From Octopus sinensis (Eukaryota), in assembly GCF_006345805.1 (NCBI RefSeq), contig NC_043012.1, positions 23,994,001-24,058,000 on the forward strand: DNA of 64,000 bases, read 5' to 3'. The translations under genes and the position numbers were made by a program. Each line of letters begins with the position of its first letter. Position 1 is the first letter of the stretch. This document shows, piece after piece, positions 26,192 to 39,824 of the stretch. Below the pieces are notes generated by a model that was not told the DNA's origin, did not search any database, and saw nothing but the letters and a program-made list of their open reading frames with translations.

Positions 26192-28503
26192 TATATATAT
26201 ATACACATATATATATATATATACAGATATACACACACACATATATATATATACACAGATATACACACATATGTATATACACATACACATTAGTTATTTC
26301 ATGCCTCTTTCATAGCTTTTCCTTATAGCAACAACTCAGTTGTTCAGACACATGCGGCCGGAGAAGGGGGGGGAGGTTGGAAGGGAGAGCAAAGGGGAGA
26401 GGAAGAGGGATGGAGAGCAGAATAGCCATGTTGTTGTTGCTATTTTTATTCTTCACACCATCATCATCGTCGTCGTCGTCATGGTCATCATTTTGAATAG
26501 TAGAATGCCATGAATACACGGAAGAGGAAGGAAGGCAATCAGGGTCATGGGGTACCCTGATAAAACCCAGGTTGCAAGGGTTGGGTGAGGGAGAGTCCAG
26601 CCTGTGTGTGGGTGGATTATGTTCATTGCTTCTTTGTTTACATTTTTATTCATTTATTTATTAATGTGTGTGTGTGTCTCTCCTGAATCTCCCCACCCTG
26701 AACAACTTACCTACCCAACAACCCCCTCACTCCACCCATGTTCATTCACTGTATTTCCCTCCCCTCCATCTTCCACTCATCAACTTACCTCCCCACTTGC
26801 CCTCTCCAATCTTCTCTATCAAACCACTATAAACACTTCCCATCCTCTCTCTCTCTCTGTCTCTATCCACCCTCTTCTCTTTTTCCAACTGGGGTAGCCA
26901 CCTAGCTTCCTCTACAACTGCTCCTACCCCACTTTCATACTTTCACATCCAGCAATATTACACCCCACTCAGGTAAGGAGGTCTTGTCTTACAGGTATTT
27001 GGTAACCTCACCAGGACTGGTGCAACAAGAAAAGCACCCAGAACACTCTGTAGAGTGGTTGGCATCAGGGAGGGCATCCTGCTGTTGAAGCCATGTCAAA
27101 GTAGACACTGGAGATTGATGCAGTGCTCTGGCCTGTTTGTTTATGTTGGACCATCTAACTCATGCCAGCATAGAAGAAAGGATACTGAATAATGATAATT
27201 TTGATGATGGTATATAAAACACATTTTAATTCGGTCACACAAACAAAAAGATTTTCTATGTATACAAATATTAGTGTTGTTTATCATATTCTTTTATTCT
27301 TTTGTTTCAGTCAGTTGACTGTAGCCATGCTGGAGCACTGCTTTTACATGTCAATGATTTTGTTACTGCCTTTGTATTTTCACTTTATATAATTTTTATT
27401 TCTCCTCTTGTCCTTTTTAATGTACAGTCCAGAGACCCCATCTCTCTCTCTCTTCTCGTCTTATTCTGTCGTGGTCTTCGCTCATTTAGACCCCAGCAGT
27501 GTTTTGTAGTTGACTCAATCAAATTGATAGACAATATCATCAACAAGTTGTTGAAATTGCAATGACTTTTGGTTGATAACTGATGAGGGGCAAGCATGTC
27601 CACTTCCTTGGGTTTTCTTTTTATCTAGTTTCCTATATGTTCCCTCATCCTCTTGTACCACATTTTAATATAAAAAAACCCCTCCAATAATGACACTCCA
27701 GCCACAAGACATTGATGGCTTCTCTGTCACTTCAGCTGACCTTCACTGCAAAAAAAATCCTCTGCCATATACCAACTTACCCCGATAACAAAAGAATTTA
27801 GAAAAACAGAGTTTTTCACTTCACAGTGTGTGTGTGTGTAGGGGTGTGCATGTACGTACGTGCGCATGTGTAAATAAATACATGCTTATATACGTAGCTT
27901 CTTATATATATGTGACCCATGTGAGCCTGGAAAAGCAGACATTAAACAATGATAATATTATGCATGCATACACAACACACACACACACACACGCACACAT
28001 ACGCACAGAGGAGTGGGTTAGATAATAGCAGCAGCAGCCATTAATTAACAAGTCACACATTGCTAGAACACCAGAAACAGAACAATTAGGAAACCTGTTT
28101 TGATTAAAGAACTCATTGTATCAGATTAGTGTAAATAGGAGGAGTGCTGAATGGTGTAAGAAGGTAGGTACAGGGGGAGAGAGAGAGAGAAAGAGAGAGG
28201 AAGGAGAAACAGAGAGAGCAGGTAGCAATGGTAAGGAGAGAGGTAGCAAAGAGAGAGAAAGAGAGGGGGAAGGTTTAGTGATAGAGAGGAGGAGGTGAAG
28301 AGGATGGTCAGGATAAAGAGTGAGGGACACAGACAGGAGAGAGAGAGAGAGAGAGAGAGATAAAGGTAGAGGTAAGGATAGAGATGGGGAGTGGAAGAGG
28401 TATGGGTATACCAGAGAGAAAAAGTGATGTGTGAGAGCATGTGTGTGAGTGGCGATGGTTAGGAGAGAGAGAGAGAGAAATGACAGAAGCATATATGTAT
28501 ATA

Positions 28504-28914
28504 TACTCTTTTACTCTATTCTTTTACTTGTTTCAGTCATTTGACTGCGGTCATGCTGGAGCACCGCCTTGAATCGAGCAACTCGACCCCGGGACTTATT
28601 CTTTTTGTAAGCCCAGTACTTTTTCTATCGGTCTCTTTTGCTGAACCACTAAGTTACGGGGACATAAACACACCAGCATCGGTTGCCAAGCAATGCTAGG
28701 GGGACAAATACAGACACACAAACAAACACACATACATATATATATATATACGACAGGTTTCTTTCAGTTTCCATCTACCAAATCCACTCACAAGGCATTG
28801 GTTGGCCCGGGGCTAAAGCAGAAGACACTTGCCCAAGATGCCACGCAGTGGGACTGAACCTGGAACCATGTGGTTGGTTAGCAAGCTACTTACCACACAG
28901 CCACTCCTGCGCCT
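28504..28914 (-). mobile_element. Family-A SINE, full length
   Basis: Near-consensus match with the same subfamily markers as 21335 and 32380. Confidence 0.92.
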
Positions 28915-29002
28915 ATATGTGTATATATACATGTGTGTATGTATGTAAAGAGAATGAGTGAGGTTAAGAAAGTGAAAACAGAAAGAGAAAAGTGTTTGTA
29001 TA

Positions 29003-29056
<54 letters not shown>

Positions 29057-29111
29057 TATGTAGATATATATGAATATGTGTGTAGATACATATGTATATG
29101 TGTGTGTGTGT

Positions 29112-29155
<44 letters not shown>

Positions 29156-29469
29156 GTGTGTAGGGTGGGTGTCTTAGTATGTCTGTATGTGAGCACATAG
29201 ATTCATCAGAATATATGTTGTTGCTATTCTGCAAAATGTCCTAAGTCCAACACGTTGCTTTTTCAGAAGATGTAAAAAATAAAAAACAGTTTCACCATTC
29301 CATAGCAAAACTGTTGTACTATACTTTGACAATTTTTGATATCTTGGCATCCGAAACAGCTGGAGATATGATAGTTTGATCAAAAGAAGAGGCTATTGCA
29401 AGCAAAAATAAATATTGATAAAAAAAACCCCTAAAAAAAAGCATTTGGACACACGAATGTTTAATATAT

Positions 29470-29693
29470 GTTTCTTTACTACCCACATGGGGCTAAACAT
29501 AGAGGGGACAAACAAGGACAGATAAACGAATTTAAGTCGATTATATCGACCCCAGTGCATAACTGGTATTTAATTTATCAACCCCGAAAGGATGAAAGGC
29601 AAAGTCGACCTCGGCGGAATTTGAACTCGGAACGTAACGGTAGACGAAATACGGCTACGCATTTCGCCCGGCGTGCTAACGGTTCTGCCAGCT
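29470..29693 (-). mobile_element. Family-C SINE (alternative tail)
   Basis: Sense strand reads ctggcagaaccgttagcacgccgggcgaaatg...gagttcaaattccgccgaggtcgactttgcctttcatcc. Confidence 0.85.
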
Positions 29694-29859
29694 AAGCAAC
29701 TCTATATATATCTGTGTGTGTGTGTGTTTGTATAATTTAGGACAATCAGTAAGTTGTCATAATAGAACTCAGAGTTTCTAATGCCGGAGTTAAGAGGTGC
29801 GATGCATTCTCATCGGCTATTATACATGCATACAGATGCACACACACATATATATATTA

Positions 29860-31000
29860 CTAGCAGTATAACCCGGCCTTGCCCAGGATTAAGTTACGAT
29901 TATTAAGCTAATCAAGTTCTTTATTTCAAACCAAACTAAGTAATATCGACGTCAAATTTGGGCAAAATCCGTTGAAATTGGTTATATTATATATATATAT
30001 ATCATATATATTATATGTATATAATATAATATAAATATATATGGGCAACAGACACGAACACACATGTACGTACGTACACCTATTGCATGTTTTGTGCATG
30101 CATACATGTTCATAAACAGAAATGAATGGAAAACTGTTGTTAAATTTGTAGATTAACATTCGTACGATTTTCACTAAGAAAAATAATCATTTTTTTTTTG
30201 CGTGGAATCAACTACTATGGCCTCCTAATATGCTACAAAACCCTTTTTGTGGTTCGTGAAACGGAGTGGGTGTGGTGGAAGCCTCGGAAATTGTACCCAT
30301 TTATATTGTACAATTCACTGACAAATTGCTACTCACCTCTTTGTTTCTTTGTTGTTAGATAAATGGATTGTCAACAAAATACTTTTTTACTCGGCGTAAA
30401 ATAAAACAAAACTCTTTCACACCCAAAGTAATGTGTGTGAGAGAGAGAGAGGGGGGGGAGAACGATGAACAATTTAAAATAAATATATTGTAATTGTTGT
30501 GTGAGAAAGTATATATACTATGATTATAAAATATAGTGTCTTTCAAAAACATCCTGAATTTGAACACTATATCTCGTGTTCAAGAAAAGACAAAACATTT
30601 TACATTATATATTTTATGAACATCGTCACTTACTCTCTCTCTCCCTCTCTCACTTTGTCTTTCCCGTGAAACTCTCTGCCTCTCTTCTTCCACTTTTCTT
30701 TATCTTGTTTTTTTTGTTAGACGCTGTCAAAAAGCTATGGCTGAAAATAGATTTTTACCGCTATCCGCGGGTGCCTCGGGAAAAAAATAAGTTGACAAAG
30801 CCCCAAAAATAAGTTGACAAAAACCAGATAGGATGTTGACGAATGTCCTCCTAAAATTTGAGCGACATGCGTGCTAATTTCTGGATGCGCATAAACTACT
30901 GAACTTAATGACTGATAAAGAGAGGTAAGTCCCCAGCGTGCATAGCCGGATCGCAATTTCGGATTTTTATGCAGGCCATCTTAATCTTCATCAGCGACTC
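29860..31000 (-). mobile_element. Non-autonomous Helitron-like element (3' end clear, 5' boundary uncertain)
   Basis: The minus strand ends cctgggcaaggccggg-ttatactg-CTAG|T, the Helitron 3' hairpin plus CTAG before a T. The interior is CpG-rich with internal repeats. Confidence 0.55.
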
Positions 31001-31089
31001 TTAAAGCCTAGAGTTAAACACGACTGCCTGTATCAGTCTTACAAGAAAAACTGTTGAAAACGTGCTGATTTTCAAAACGGTAAAAGTGT

Positions 31090-31460
31090 AAACAATAAAA
31101 CCCCATGTCAAGGTGAGCTACTCTTGCTTAGACAACATCACACACATCAACAGACACAAAACAAAAATGCACCCGCACAACCCCAAATCTCAACCTGCAA
31201 CTGCTGAAACCCCACCACCTACACTCTAGAATGATCCTGCCTCTCAAAGGCCATAGTGTACAGAGCAACTCGTACACCATCTGATGGCATCACCAGGCAC
31301 TATATGAGTATGACAGCCAATGACTTCAAAGGAAGATATTCCCAACACATGCACTCATTCAGATTCTGGGATAGAGAGAACTCTATTTCCCTCTCTCGCT
31401 GTCTCTGGAGATTCCATGACCCCCTAGATGAAACGCACAACATCAAGAGGACTATATATA
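31090..31460 (+). pseudogene. Penelope-like element GIY-YIG endonuclease remnant
   Basis: VKVSYSCLDNI...(frameshift) CNC*NPTTYTLE*SCLSKAIVYRAT...RHYMSMTANDFKGRYSQHMHSF...SLSRCLW...NIKRTI matches the CNC-x-CPL-xG-CL / IVY / YIGMT-xx-FK-xRY-xxH architecture of PLE endonucleases. Confidence 0.8.
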
Positions 31461-31703
31461 TATATGTATCAGGCAATAAGCACAACATGGCAAATTTTAA
31501 TGAATGATATACTACACTCACGGAGTGGTTGTCGTTGGGAAGGGCATCAAGCTGTAGAAAAACTGCCAGATCAGACTGGAGCCTAGTGCAGCCTCCTTGC
31601 TCCCCAGATCCCGGTCGAACCGTTCAACCCATGCTAGCATGGAAAATGGACGTTAAACGATGATGATGATATATTGGTTTAACACTTAAAAGGAAGGGAG
31701 AGA

Positions 31704-31742
31704 TTCTTGATGTTTTGGGTGCTAGTCCTTCATCAGAAGAAA
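31704..31742 (-). ncRNA. CpG-decayed minimal Penelope-type hammerhead ribozyme
   Basis: Sense strand reads ttctt-CTGATGA-aggactagcaccc-AAAAC-ATC-aagaa. Stem I is ttctt/aagaa. Restoring two CpA to CpG gives canonical cGAAACGTC. Confidence 0.65.
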
Positions 31743-32379
31743 GAAAGTAAAAAAAAAGAACCCAGAAAATATGATAGAGGTTAAGGGCCAGATGGGAATG
31801 TACATCTATGGGTGGGGGGTTAGGAAGGTAGGAGACAGGGTGATGTGAGCATGGAGAGGAGGGTATTTATGTATAGAGATAGGGGTGGGGATGTAGTGTG
31901 TGTGGAGTGTAATCATATCGTATGCGTGAAGAAGGTGTAGAAGGAAGAAGGAGAAAGAAGCAGCAGGAGCAATTGAGAGATGAAGTGGAAGTAGAAAGGA
32001 ATTTGATATTTAAGAAAAAGCACTGATCATTATAACTAAGAGTCAATGCCCGAGTCAATGCTTGCCTGAGTCAGAGGCATGTATGATGGAATAGAATCTT
32101 CAACAGCTGGATGCCCTACCTGGCATGCCTGCTTCCAGCTTTGGTAAGAATCTCCCAGCGTGTTAAACAACAAACAGCCAGGACTTGCTTGCCTGGACAA
32201 ATGCAAAGAAACAATAGCTAAACATATCTGTTGCTTACAAAGGCCATGCTGCATGGCAAAGTTTTGTTGTAGATTGCAAGCAACATTATTAACAAAGCCT
32301 TTATTTATGAGTGACAGGTAAATACAAAATCACTCATCCCCAACACACACACATGCACACACACACACACACGCATATA

Positions 32380-32775
32380 TACTCTTTTACTCTCTCTTTT
32401 ACTCTTTTACTTGTTTCAGTCATTTGACTGCGGCCATGCTGTAGCACCGCCTTTAGATGAGCATATCGACCCCGGGACTTATTCTTTGTAAGCCCAGTAC
32501 TTATTCTATCGGTCTATTTTGCTAAACAGCTAAATGACAGGGACGTAAACACACCAGCATCGGTTGTCAAGCAATGTTAGGGGGACAAACACAGACACAC
32601 AAATACATACATATATACAACAGGCTTCTTTCAGTTTCCGTCTACCAAATCCACTCACAAGGCATTGGTCGGCCCGGGGCTATAGCAGAAGACACTTGCT
32701 CAAGATGCCACACAGTGGGACTGAACCCGGAAACATGTGGCTGGTTAGCAAGCTACTTACCACACAGTCACTCCT
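32380..32775 (-). mobile_element. Family-A SINE, full length
   Basis: Near-consensus match. Confidence 0.92.
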
Positions 32776-32972
32776 ATATATATATACAAGGTCGGACCCT
32801 CGAAGAATGAAAAGCGAAGTTGATCACGGTGAAACTTGAACTCAGAGCATAGCTATGGGTGAAATAGTCCTAACAACAAATATGAATAATATGTCAAATG
32901 TTTGGTGCATGTCTTTTGGCCCATGCTGTATACATATAAATATATATCTGTATATATAGACACACACAAATA

Positions 32973-34242
32973 TATTGGTTTGAGGAATAATTCAGGAGAA
33001 TTTTGTTTTTTATTTAAAAATGCACGCAGAAATAAAACGCACTGGCAAAATGTTTTATGTTATTTAAAAGGGAATTCTTTGCTCTACAAGAAAGTGTGTT
33101 TTGATTTTTTAATTTTATTGATTTTTATGTTTTTTCAGATCATTAAAATGGAATGTCAAGTGGACAAAACTGAGCATTTTCAACACCATTTGCTTTTCAC
33201 ATTTAATCGAGGTGTTCAGGTCGCTGAAGCTGCTCATGAGATTTGTGCTGTGTATAGATATAGAGAAGGGGCAATGTCTGAAAGTACCACCCACTGTTTT
33301 GCTTTCGTGCTTCAAAAATGGAATTTTGACCTCAAGTACGAATAACACACCAGTCAACCAACTGAGTTCAATGAAGAGAGATTGAATCAATTTCTTCATG
33401 AAAATCCATGTCAAATGACCAGAGAATTTGGCGAAGCAGATGGATTGTAATAAAAAAAAAAAAAAAACTGTGGTGAACTACTTTCACTCAATGGGCAAGG
33501 TTCAGAAACTCAGCGCTTGGGTGCCACACACTTTAAATGAAAACAGCAAAAATCAATGCTCCACAATCACCACCAGTTTGCTCAACACATGGTCACAAAG
33601 ATTTTTTTACCACAATGTCACTGGCGATAAAAATGGTACCTTCATGTCAATATGAAGCAGTGAAAAGAATGGCTCAGCCCTAACAAGCGACTCTGTAAGC
33701 AAAATAAGACCTGCATCCTCAAAAGACGATGTTGAGTGTATGGTGGGACTAGGACAGCATAGTTGATTATGAACTGCTTGAGCACAACCAAACACTCAAT
33801 GCAGAGCTCTACATTCAACAACTGCACCTACTCAACAAAGCAATTCAGCAAAAATTGAAATGGCATTCTTCTGCAACAGGACAACGCTCATCCTCACATT
33901 GCCAATATGACCAAAGCTGCGATTCAAGAACTCAAATGGGAAATGCTGCTGAATGCTCCATACTCTCCATATTTGGCACCATCAGATTTTCATCTCTTTT
34001 GACAGCTTTTGAATGCCTTGTATGGTGTATAGTTCAATAATGACATGGAATTGAAGGCTTGGTTGGACGAATTCTTTGAGTCAAGACTGAGAGATTTCTA
34101 TTGCTGAGGCATCGAAAAACTTTTTGAATGCTTGGAGGGAGTTGTAAACAAGTGAGTGTATGTTATTGATTAATTTGTTGTAGCTTTTTTCGTTAAAATT
34201 AAATTGGCAAAAAATGCATATGAATTATTCTTCAACCCTATA
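32973..34242 (+). mobile_element. Full-length decayed mariner (DD34D) transposon; transposase pseudogene ~33148-34173
   Basis: TIRs tattggtttgaggaataattca / tgaattattcttcaaccctata with TA flanks. Motifs MECQVDKTEHF, WVPHTL, VTGD, QDNAHPH and PYSPYLAPSDFHL are spread across frameshifts and stops. Confidence 0.92.
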
Positions 34243-37124
34243 TACCTTTACACACACACATCAAATATACATTTATATATATATGCACATATACAGTGGG
34301 CTTCTCTCAGTTTCTGTCTACCAAATCCACTGCAAAGCCTTTGGTCTGCACAAGGTGCTGCATGGTGGGATTGAACCTAAAAACCTGAAACCATGTGGTT
34401 GAGAAGTGAACTACACACACACACACACACATATGTAAAACAGACACCAGCATGCCTCTGAGAAGAGGTGTGGTGGTGTGGTTCAGAAGTTGGCTTCACG
34501 TGGCAAAGTGGACTTTAAAAATATGATGGTCATATGATATAATATTTATAGCAAATATATAATGTATTAAGTTATATATATGTTATATATAACATATAAT
34601 ATGTTAAGTGTTGGAAGGGCATCCAACAGTAGAAACCATGCCAAAGAATCTAACACAGTCCTCTGGTCCAACTGTTCTTGTCACACTGTCCAACCCATAC
34701 CAGCATGGAAAAGGGGACTTTAAATTATGATGATGAAGATATCACATAACAAATGACATATGTATGATACATACATTATATAATACATATATAGACAGAC
34801 AGATAAACAGATAAACAGATAGATAAACTGACAGACAGAAAGAAAGAGAGACAGACAAACTGGCAGACAGACAGAAAGAGAGACAGACTGACAGACAGAC
34901 AGATAAAAAGACACAAAGACAGGCAGACAGCATGAAAGACAAGACTTTTAATGACTGGTCAACCTGACAGAACAATCAAAAAGATGCATGTAAAATTAAT
35001 TGATTTCCAAGCATCAGTTAAGACCAATTAAAACTGGGTTCGTTAATGCGAGAATCCCTCATCGCCTGTTTTGGTTGCAAAGGCAGTGGCCAGAGGATGA
35101 ATGCAGAGAGGTTAATGTAGTCCAATCACTATAACAGGTGCAAATTCTGCAATTGGAAGCAAGGAAGGTAAAAAAAAAAGCTTCAATTGTGACAAGGCAG
35201 TTGTGGTTAAATAACTCAGTTTACAACTGTGGGGCTTCCCAGTTCAGTTCCACTGCACAGCATCTTGGGCAAGTGTCTTCTACAATAGGTATGGGCTGAC
35301 CAATACCTTGTTGTTGAATGTGGTTGATAGAAACTGTATGGAACCCTGTCATGTCTGTGTGTGTGTATATCTTTGAAGTGGTTGGCATCAGGAAGGGCAT
35401 TGAGCTGTAGAAGAAATCATGCTAAAGCCAACACTGGAGCTAGTCAGATCCTGTGAAATCATCCAACTCATACCAGCAAGGAAGACGGACATTAAACGAT
35501 AATGATGATGATAAGCATGTGTGTGTGTATGTGTGTCCTACCACTGTTTGTCAACCAATGCTGGTTTGTTTACATCCCTGTCACTTAGTAGTTCAGCAAA
35601 ACAAGCCCAATAGAATGTGTACCAAACTTAAAACTATGTAATGGGGATGGGTTTGTTTGGCAAAACCCTTTGAGGTTGTTCCCCAGCATGACTGCAATCC
35701 AATGAGTGACACAAGTAAAAAATAAAAGATACACATTTGAACACACACACACACACACATGTAGGAGGGGTAGTCATGTTTGGATCACCTCTAAATATAG
35801 AGGTGGACTGTGCAATTATAGCAGGCTGAAGCAACAACAACAGTGCAAGCCACAACAACAAACATTGAGATATTAGCGATAAATGTTGTCCATGTGTAAA
35901 TAGAGATGTGTGGAAGAACCATGAAGCAGAAATGGTCAACAATGCACTTTAGATTTATGGTCACTCCTGAACCTCCTTCCATGACCTCAATGTAGAGAGG
36001 CAGACAAAGAACCAGCGACATGTGACATATTATGTAACCTTATTTAATGAATACAGCACACACCTAATCTTAGCAGCGTTTGGCAACGGAGTAAAAGTAA
36101 GGTGTGAGGGGAGGAGGGGGAGAAGAAGAAGAAGAAGAAAGTGAGGGGAAGAAAAAGAAAGTGAAGGAGGTGAAGGTGAAGAAGAGTGAAAACAACAGCA
36201 GAAAAAAAAAAGTGAAATAGAATGAAATAAAAATAAAAATATAAACAGACGGTACTTAAAATATTTAATTAGTCAATTAGGTAAATGTTTTATTATTAGT
36301 TACTATCTACTCTCATGGCTTTTTGATAAATTACTAATTACAATTAATTCAATTTGCCAGCATACTATTGAGATTAGTTTGTATGGAAGTACAACAGTGT
36401 AGAAAAGAAATACTTTGTGTTTAGAAGTGCTTGTTTACATTTTCATTTCATTGTTGCTTTGTTTTCTTGCTTTTTTTTTTTTTTAGTGCATGATAGATGT
36501 TGCTGTTGTTGCTGATGCTGCTGCTGCTGATGATGATGATTTCCTAGTGTTGCTGCTGTTACTGCTGCTGTTGCTGTTGGTGTTTTTAATGTGCTTTCAA
36601 ATTGAGAGATCTTATATTCAGAGGATAATCAAGGAATATTCTTCTTCTTTTTTTTTTTTTTAATTTTTTATCGTTTGATTTTAATTCAATTGAGAATATT
36701 GGTAGGCTGGCAGGCAGGCAGGTTGGTCAGTTGGTCGGTTTCAAGGGTTGGTTTATATTATTACTGTTGTAGTTGTTGTTATTTTTCTATTGTTTGCTTC
36801 CAAGTCATAATTTGTATTCAATGTTGTTGTTGTTGTTGTTGTTGTGAATATCTGACTAGACAAAGAATGGCTTCACATGGGATTGCCAAAATATTTTTAA
36901 GTCACCAGAGACTTAAAGAAACAACAGAGCAAATCATTTTAATTGAATTCCAAACTGGAACTAAGTAAACTGATTGCTTTGGTGTCAGTCTTAATTTCTG
37001 GCCAGAGAGAACAAACCAAACATGGTTCGAGGTTTGCCTTGATTTTCTAACTTGTTTTCCCTCCCATGTCAAAAAAAAAAAGAAAGAAAAAAACGACATA
37101 ATTCAGCAACAAAAAAGCAATAGA

Positions 37125-37524
37125 TACTCCTTTACTCTTTACTCTTTTACCTGTTTCAGTCATTTGACTGCGGCCATGCTGGAGCAACACCTTTAATCGA
37201 GCAACTCGACCCCGGGACTTATTCTTTTTGTAAGCCCAGTACTTATTCTATTGGTCTCTTTTGCCGAACCGCTAAGTAACGGGGACATAAACACACCAGC
37301 ATCGGTTGTCAAGCAATGCTAGGGGAACAAACACACACACGCATATATATATATATACATATATACGACGGTCTTCTTTTCAGTTTCTGTCTACCAAATC
37401 CACTCACAAGACTTTGGCCAGCCCGAGGCTATAGTAGAAAATACTTGCCCAAGGTGCCACGCAGTGGGACTGAACCCGGAACCATGTGGTTGGTAAACAA
37501 GCTACTTACCACACAGCCACTCCT
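37125..37524 (-). mobile_element. Family-A SINE, full length
   Basis: Near-consensus match. Confidence 0.92.
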
Positions 37525-37544
37525 AGATATTAAAATAATAACGA

Positions 37545-38019
37545 TAATCCTTTCTACTATAGGCACAAGGCCTGAAATTTGGGGGTAAGGGGAGGGGGTA
37601 AGTCGATTACATCAACCCCCAGTAATCATCTGGTACTTATTTAATCAACCCTGAAAGGATGAAAAGCAAAGTCAACCACCATGGAATTTGGACTCAAGAT
37701 TTAAAGACAAAATGCGGCTAAGCATTTTGCCTGGAATGCTAAAGAATCAACCAGCTCACCACCTTAATAATAATAATAATAATAATAATAACAATAACAA
37801 CCCTTTTCTGCTATAGGCGCAGGGCCTGAAATTTTGAAACAGAGTGCTCATAGATTACATTGACCCAATCGCTCATCTGGTGTTTATTTTATTAACCCCC
37901 AAAAGAACAGAAGGCAAAAATCGACCTCAACAGAATTTGAACTCATAACATAAAGATGGATGAAATGCCAGAAAAGTATTTTCTCTAGCATGCTAACAGT
38001 TCTACCAGCTTGCTGCCTT
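37545..38019 (-). mobile_element. Two tandem family-C SINEs separated by (TAA)n
   Basis: Copies at ~37545-37765 and ~37800-38019. Confidence 0.8.
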
Positions 38020-38029
38020 AATAATAATT

Positions 38030-38990
38030 TCTAAAATCTATATCTAGGTGTTATCTAAGCTTAATTAGATTATCTATAAAGAAAAGTAATTAACGTGAGT
38101 AATCTCCACAAGCCATAAATCCACAAAATCCTTCCACTAGAATGAAAGACAACTCAGATTAACAAGATATAAGAAAATAACAAACAAGCTTCACAAATTA
38201 ATATTCCCATCATCGGCTGCCAAATGGATATTATTATGGTTTCGACACCTGAACAGTATCATTTATTTTGGTGGTATCAACATCTTTAAATCAAACACTA
38301 CCAGGGAATCAGTAGTAATCGGCAGGAGTTAAACATAATAGCAATAGATATCCATCATGCCAATACTTATTATCATTACAAACAACAACATCAAAATAAA
38401 CAATTAGCTTATAATCAGGGCTGTGGAGTTGAAACAAAAAACTGAGTCTGACTCCTCTACTATTGGCAAATCTGACTCCGACTCCTCTTTATGTAATGAA
38501 GTGATTGTGGTCTGCATATCTCATAAAACATATGCATAAGCCTCTACTCTGAGTAGGCCTATATGTTATAACTGGTTTATATTAAAGGATAAAGATATTC
38601 TGAGTAGGAGTAGGTATAGTTTTACCGACTCTGACTCCAGCTACCACTTAATTGTTTCTGACTCTGATTCCGACTCCACAGCCCTGTTTATAAGTACGGA
38701 ACAATACCCACACAACAAAGAAATTACTCCGCAAAAAGACACTGTAATGCTAAAAATTATAATACAAAGAAACAAGTGTGAAAAAACCTATCCAACCTCT
38801 GATATGCGACATAATAGCAACGACCCAAGGAACAGCTAACAAAGAACACAGACTACTGGATACATTGTTTATCAGGCTCTAACACACCACGAACAAGATA
38901 CCATGCCAAAAACAAGCCTAACAAAAACTTATGAAATAAAAATAATTAAATAAATTGCTACTAAAAAGTAAATTAAATGGAAATAGAATT
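38030..38990 (+). pseudogene. Heavily decayed probable Penelope-like remnant, interrupted by a hAT MITE
   Basis: Weak GIY-YIG-like pattern (NKC...IATTQGTANKE...IKWK) after the MITE. Positions 38235-38270 are homologous to the reverse complement of 46410-46460. Confidence 0.35.
38416..38686. mobile_element. hAT-type MITE
   Basis: TIRs cagggctgtggagt / actccacagccctg, subterminal gactcc repeats, and a degenerate 8 bp TSD cttataat / tttataag. Confidence 0.85.
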
Positions 38991-39697
38991 AAATCAAATT
39001 TAAAATTATATTAAAAAATTATATAAAAGCAGTAAAGACAGGTCAATATATGCAAGCAGACATGGCTACTATCAAGTAAATAAGTTTTTATTTTGTAGCT
39101 TGGTGCTTTTGGATATGATCCTGTCAGAGAATTGGCCTGACGTGTTAGAAATAGCAGGCCAATCTCCCTCAAGTCATTTTATCTTGCATGAGGACATGTT
39201 GAATAATGTGACACACATAGAAATAACAAAGGATGGTCACAGCTGGAATGCCTTTTATTGTGGGTCTCCCCACCCAGGTCTGGCTTGGGTCTAAACAAAA
39301 ACAACATCAAATAAATATAAAGCATACAATTACAAAATAAAAGAACATTACTTGTGTTTTATTTTCTTGTTTTCTCTACACTTACATGAGTTTTTTTTTT
39401 TTACTATTATTATTATTATTGTTGTTACTATATTTATTTGGTCAGTTACATATTGAAGTACCACAGCTGGAAGATCTTCCTACTGTGAATCATTCAACCA
39501 TGAAGCAGTTATGGCTTGGCTTGTAATTTCAGACAAATGCAGATCCATAATACCTGTACTGAGTTTACTAAAGAGGGAAAGGACATGGAATATGTACAAT
39601 TAATTCTCCGGAAAAATATATATCATCATCATCGTTGTCGGTTAACATCCGCTTTCCATGCTGGAATGGGTTGTATATATATAACACATATATATGA

Positions 39698-39734
<37 letters not shown>

Positions 39735-39824
39735 TAATGTATATACATATTATATATATATATATATATATGAATAATGTATATACATTATATATATATA
39801 TATATATAATGTATATATATATAG

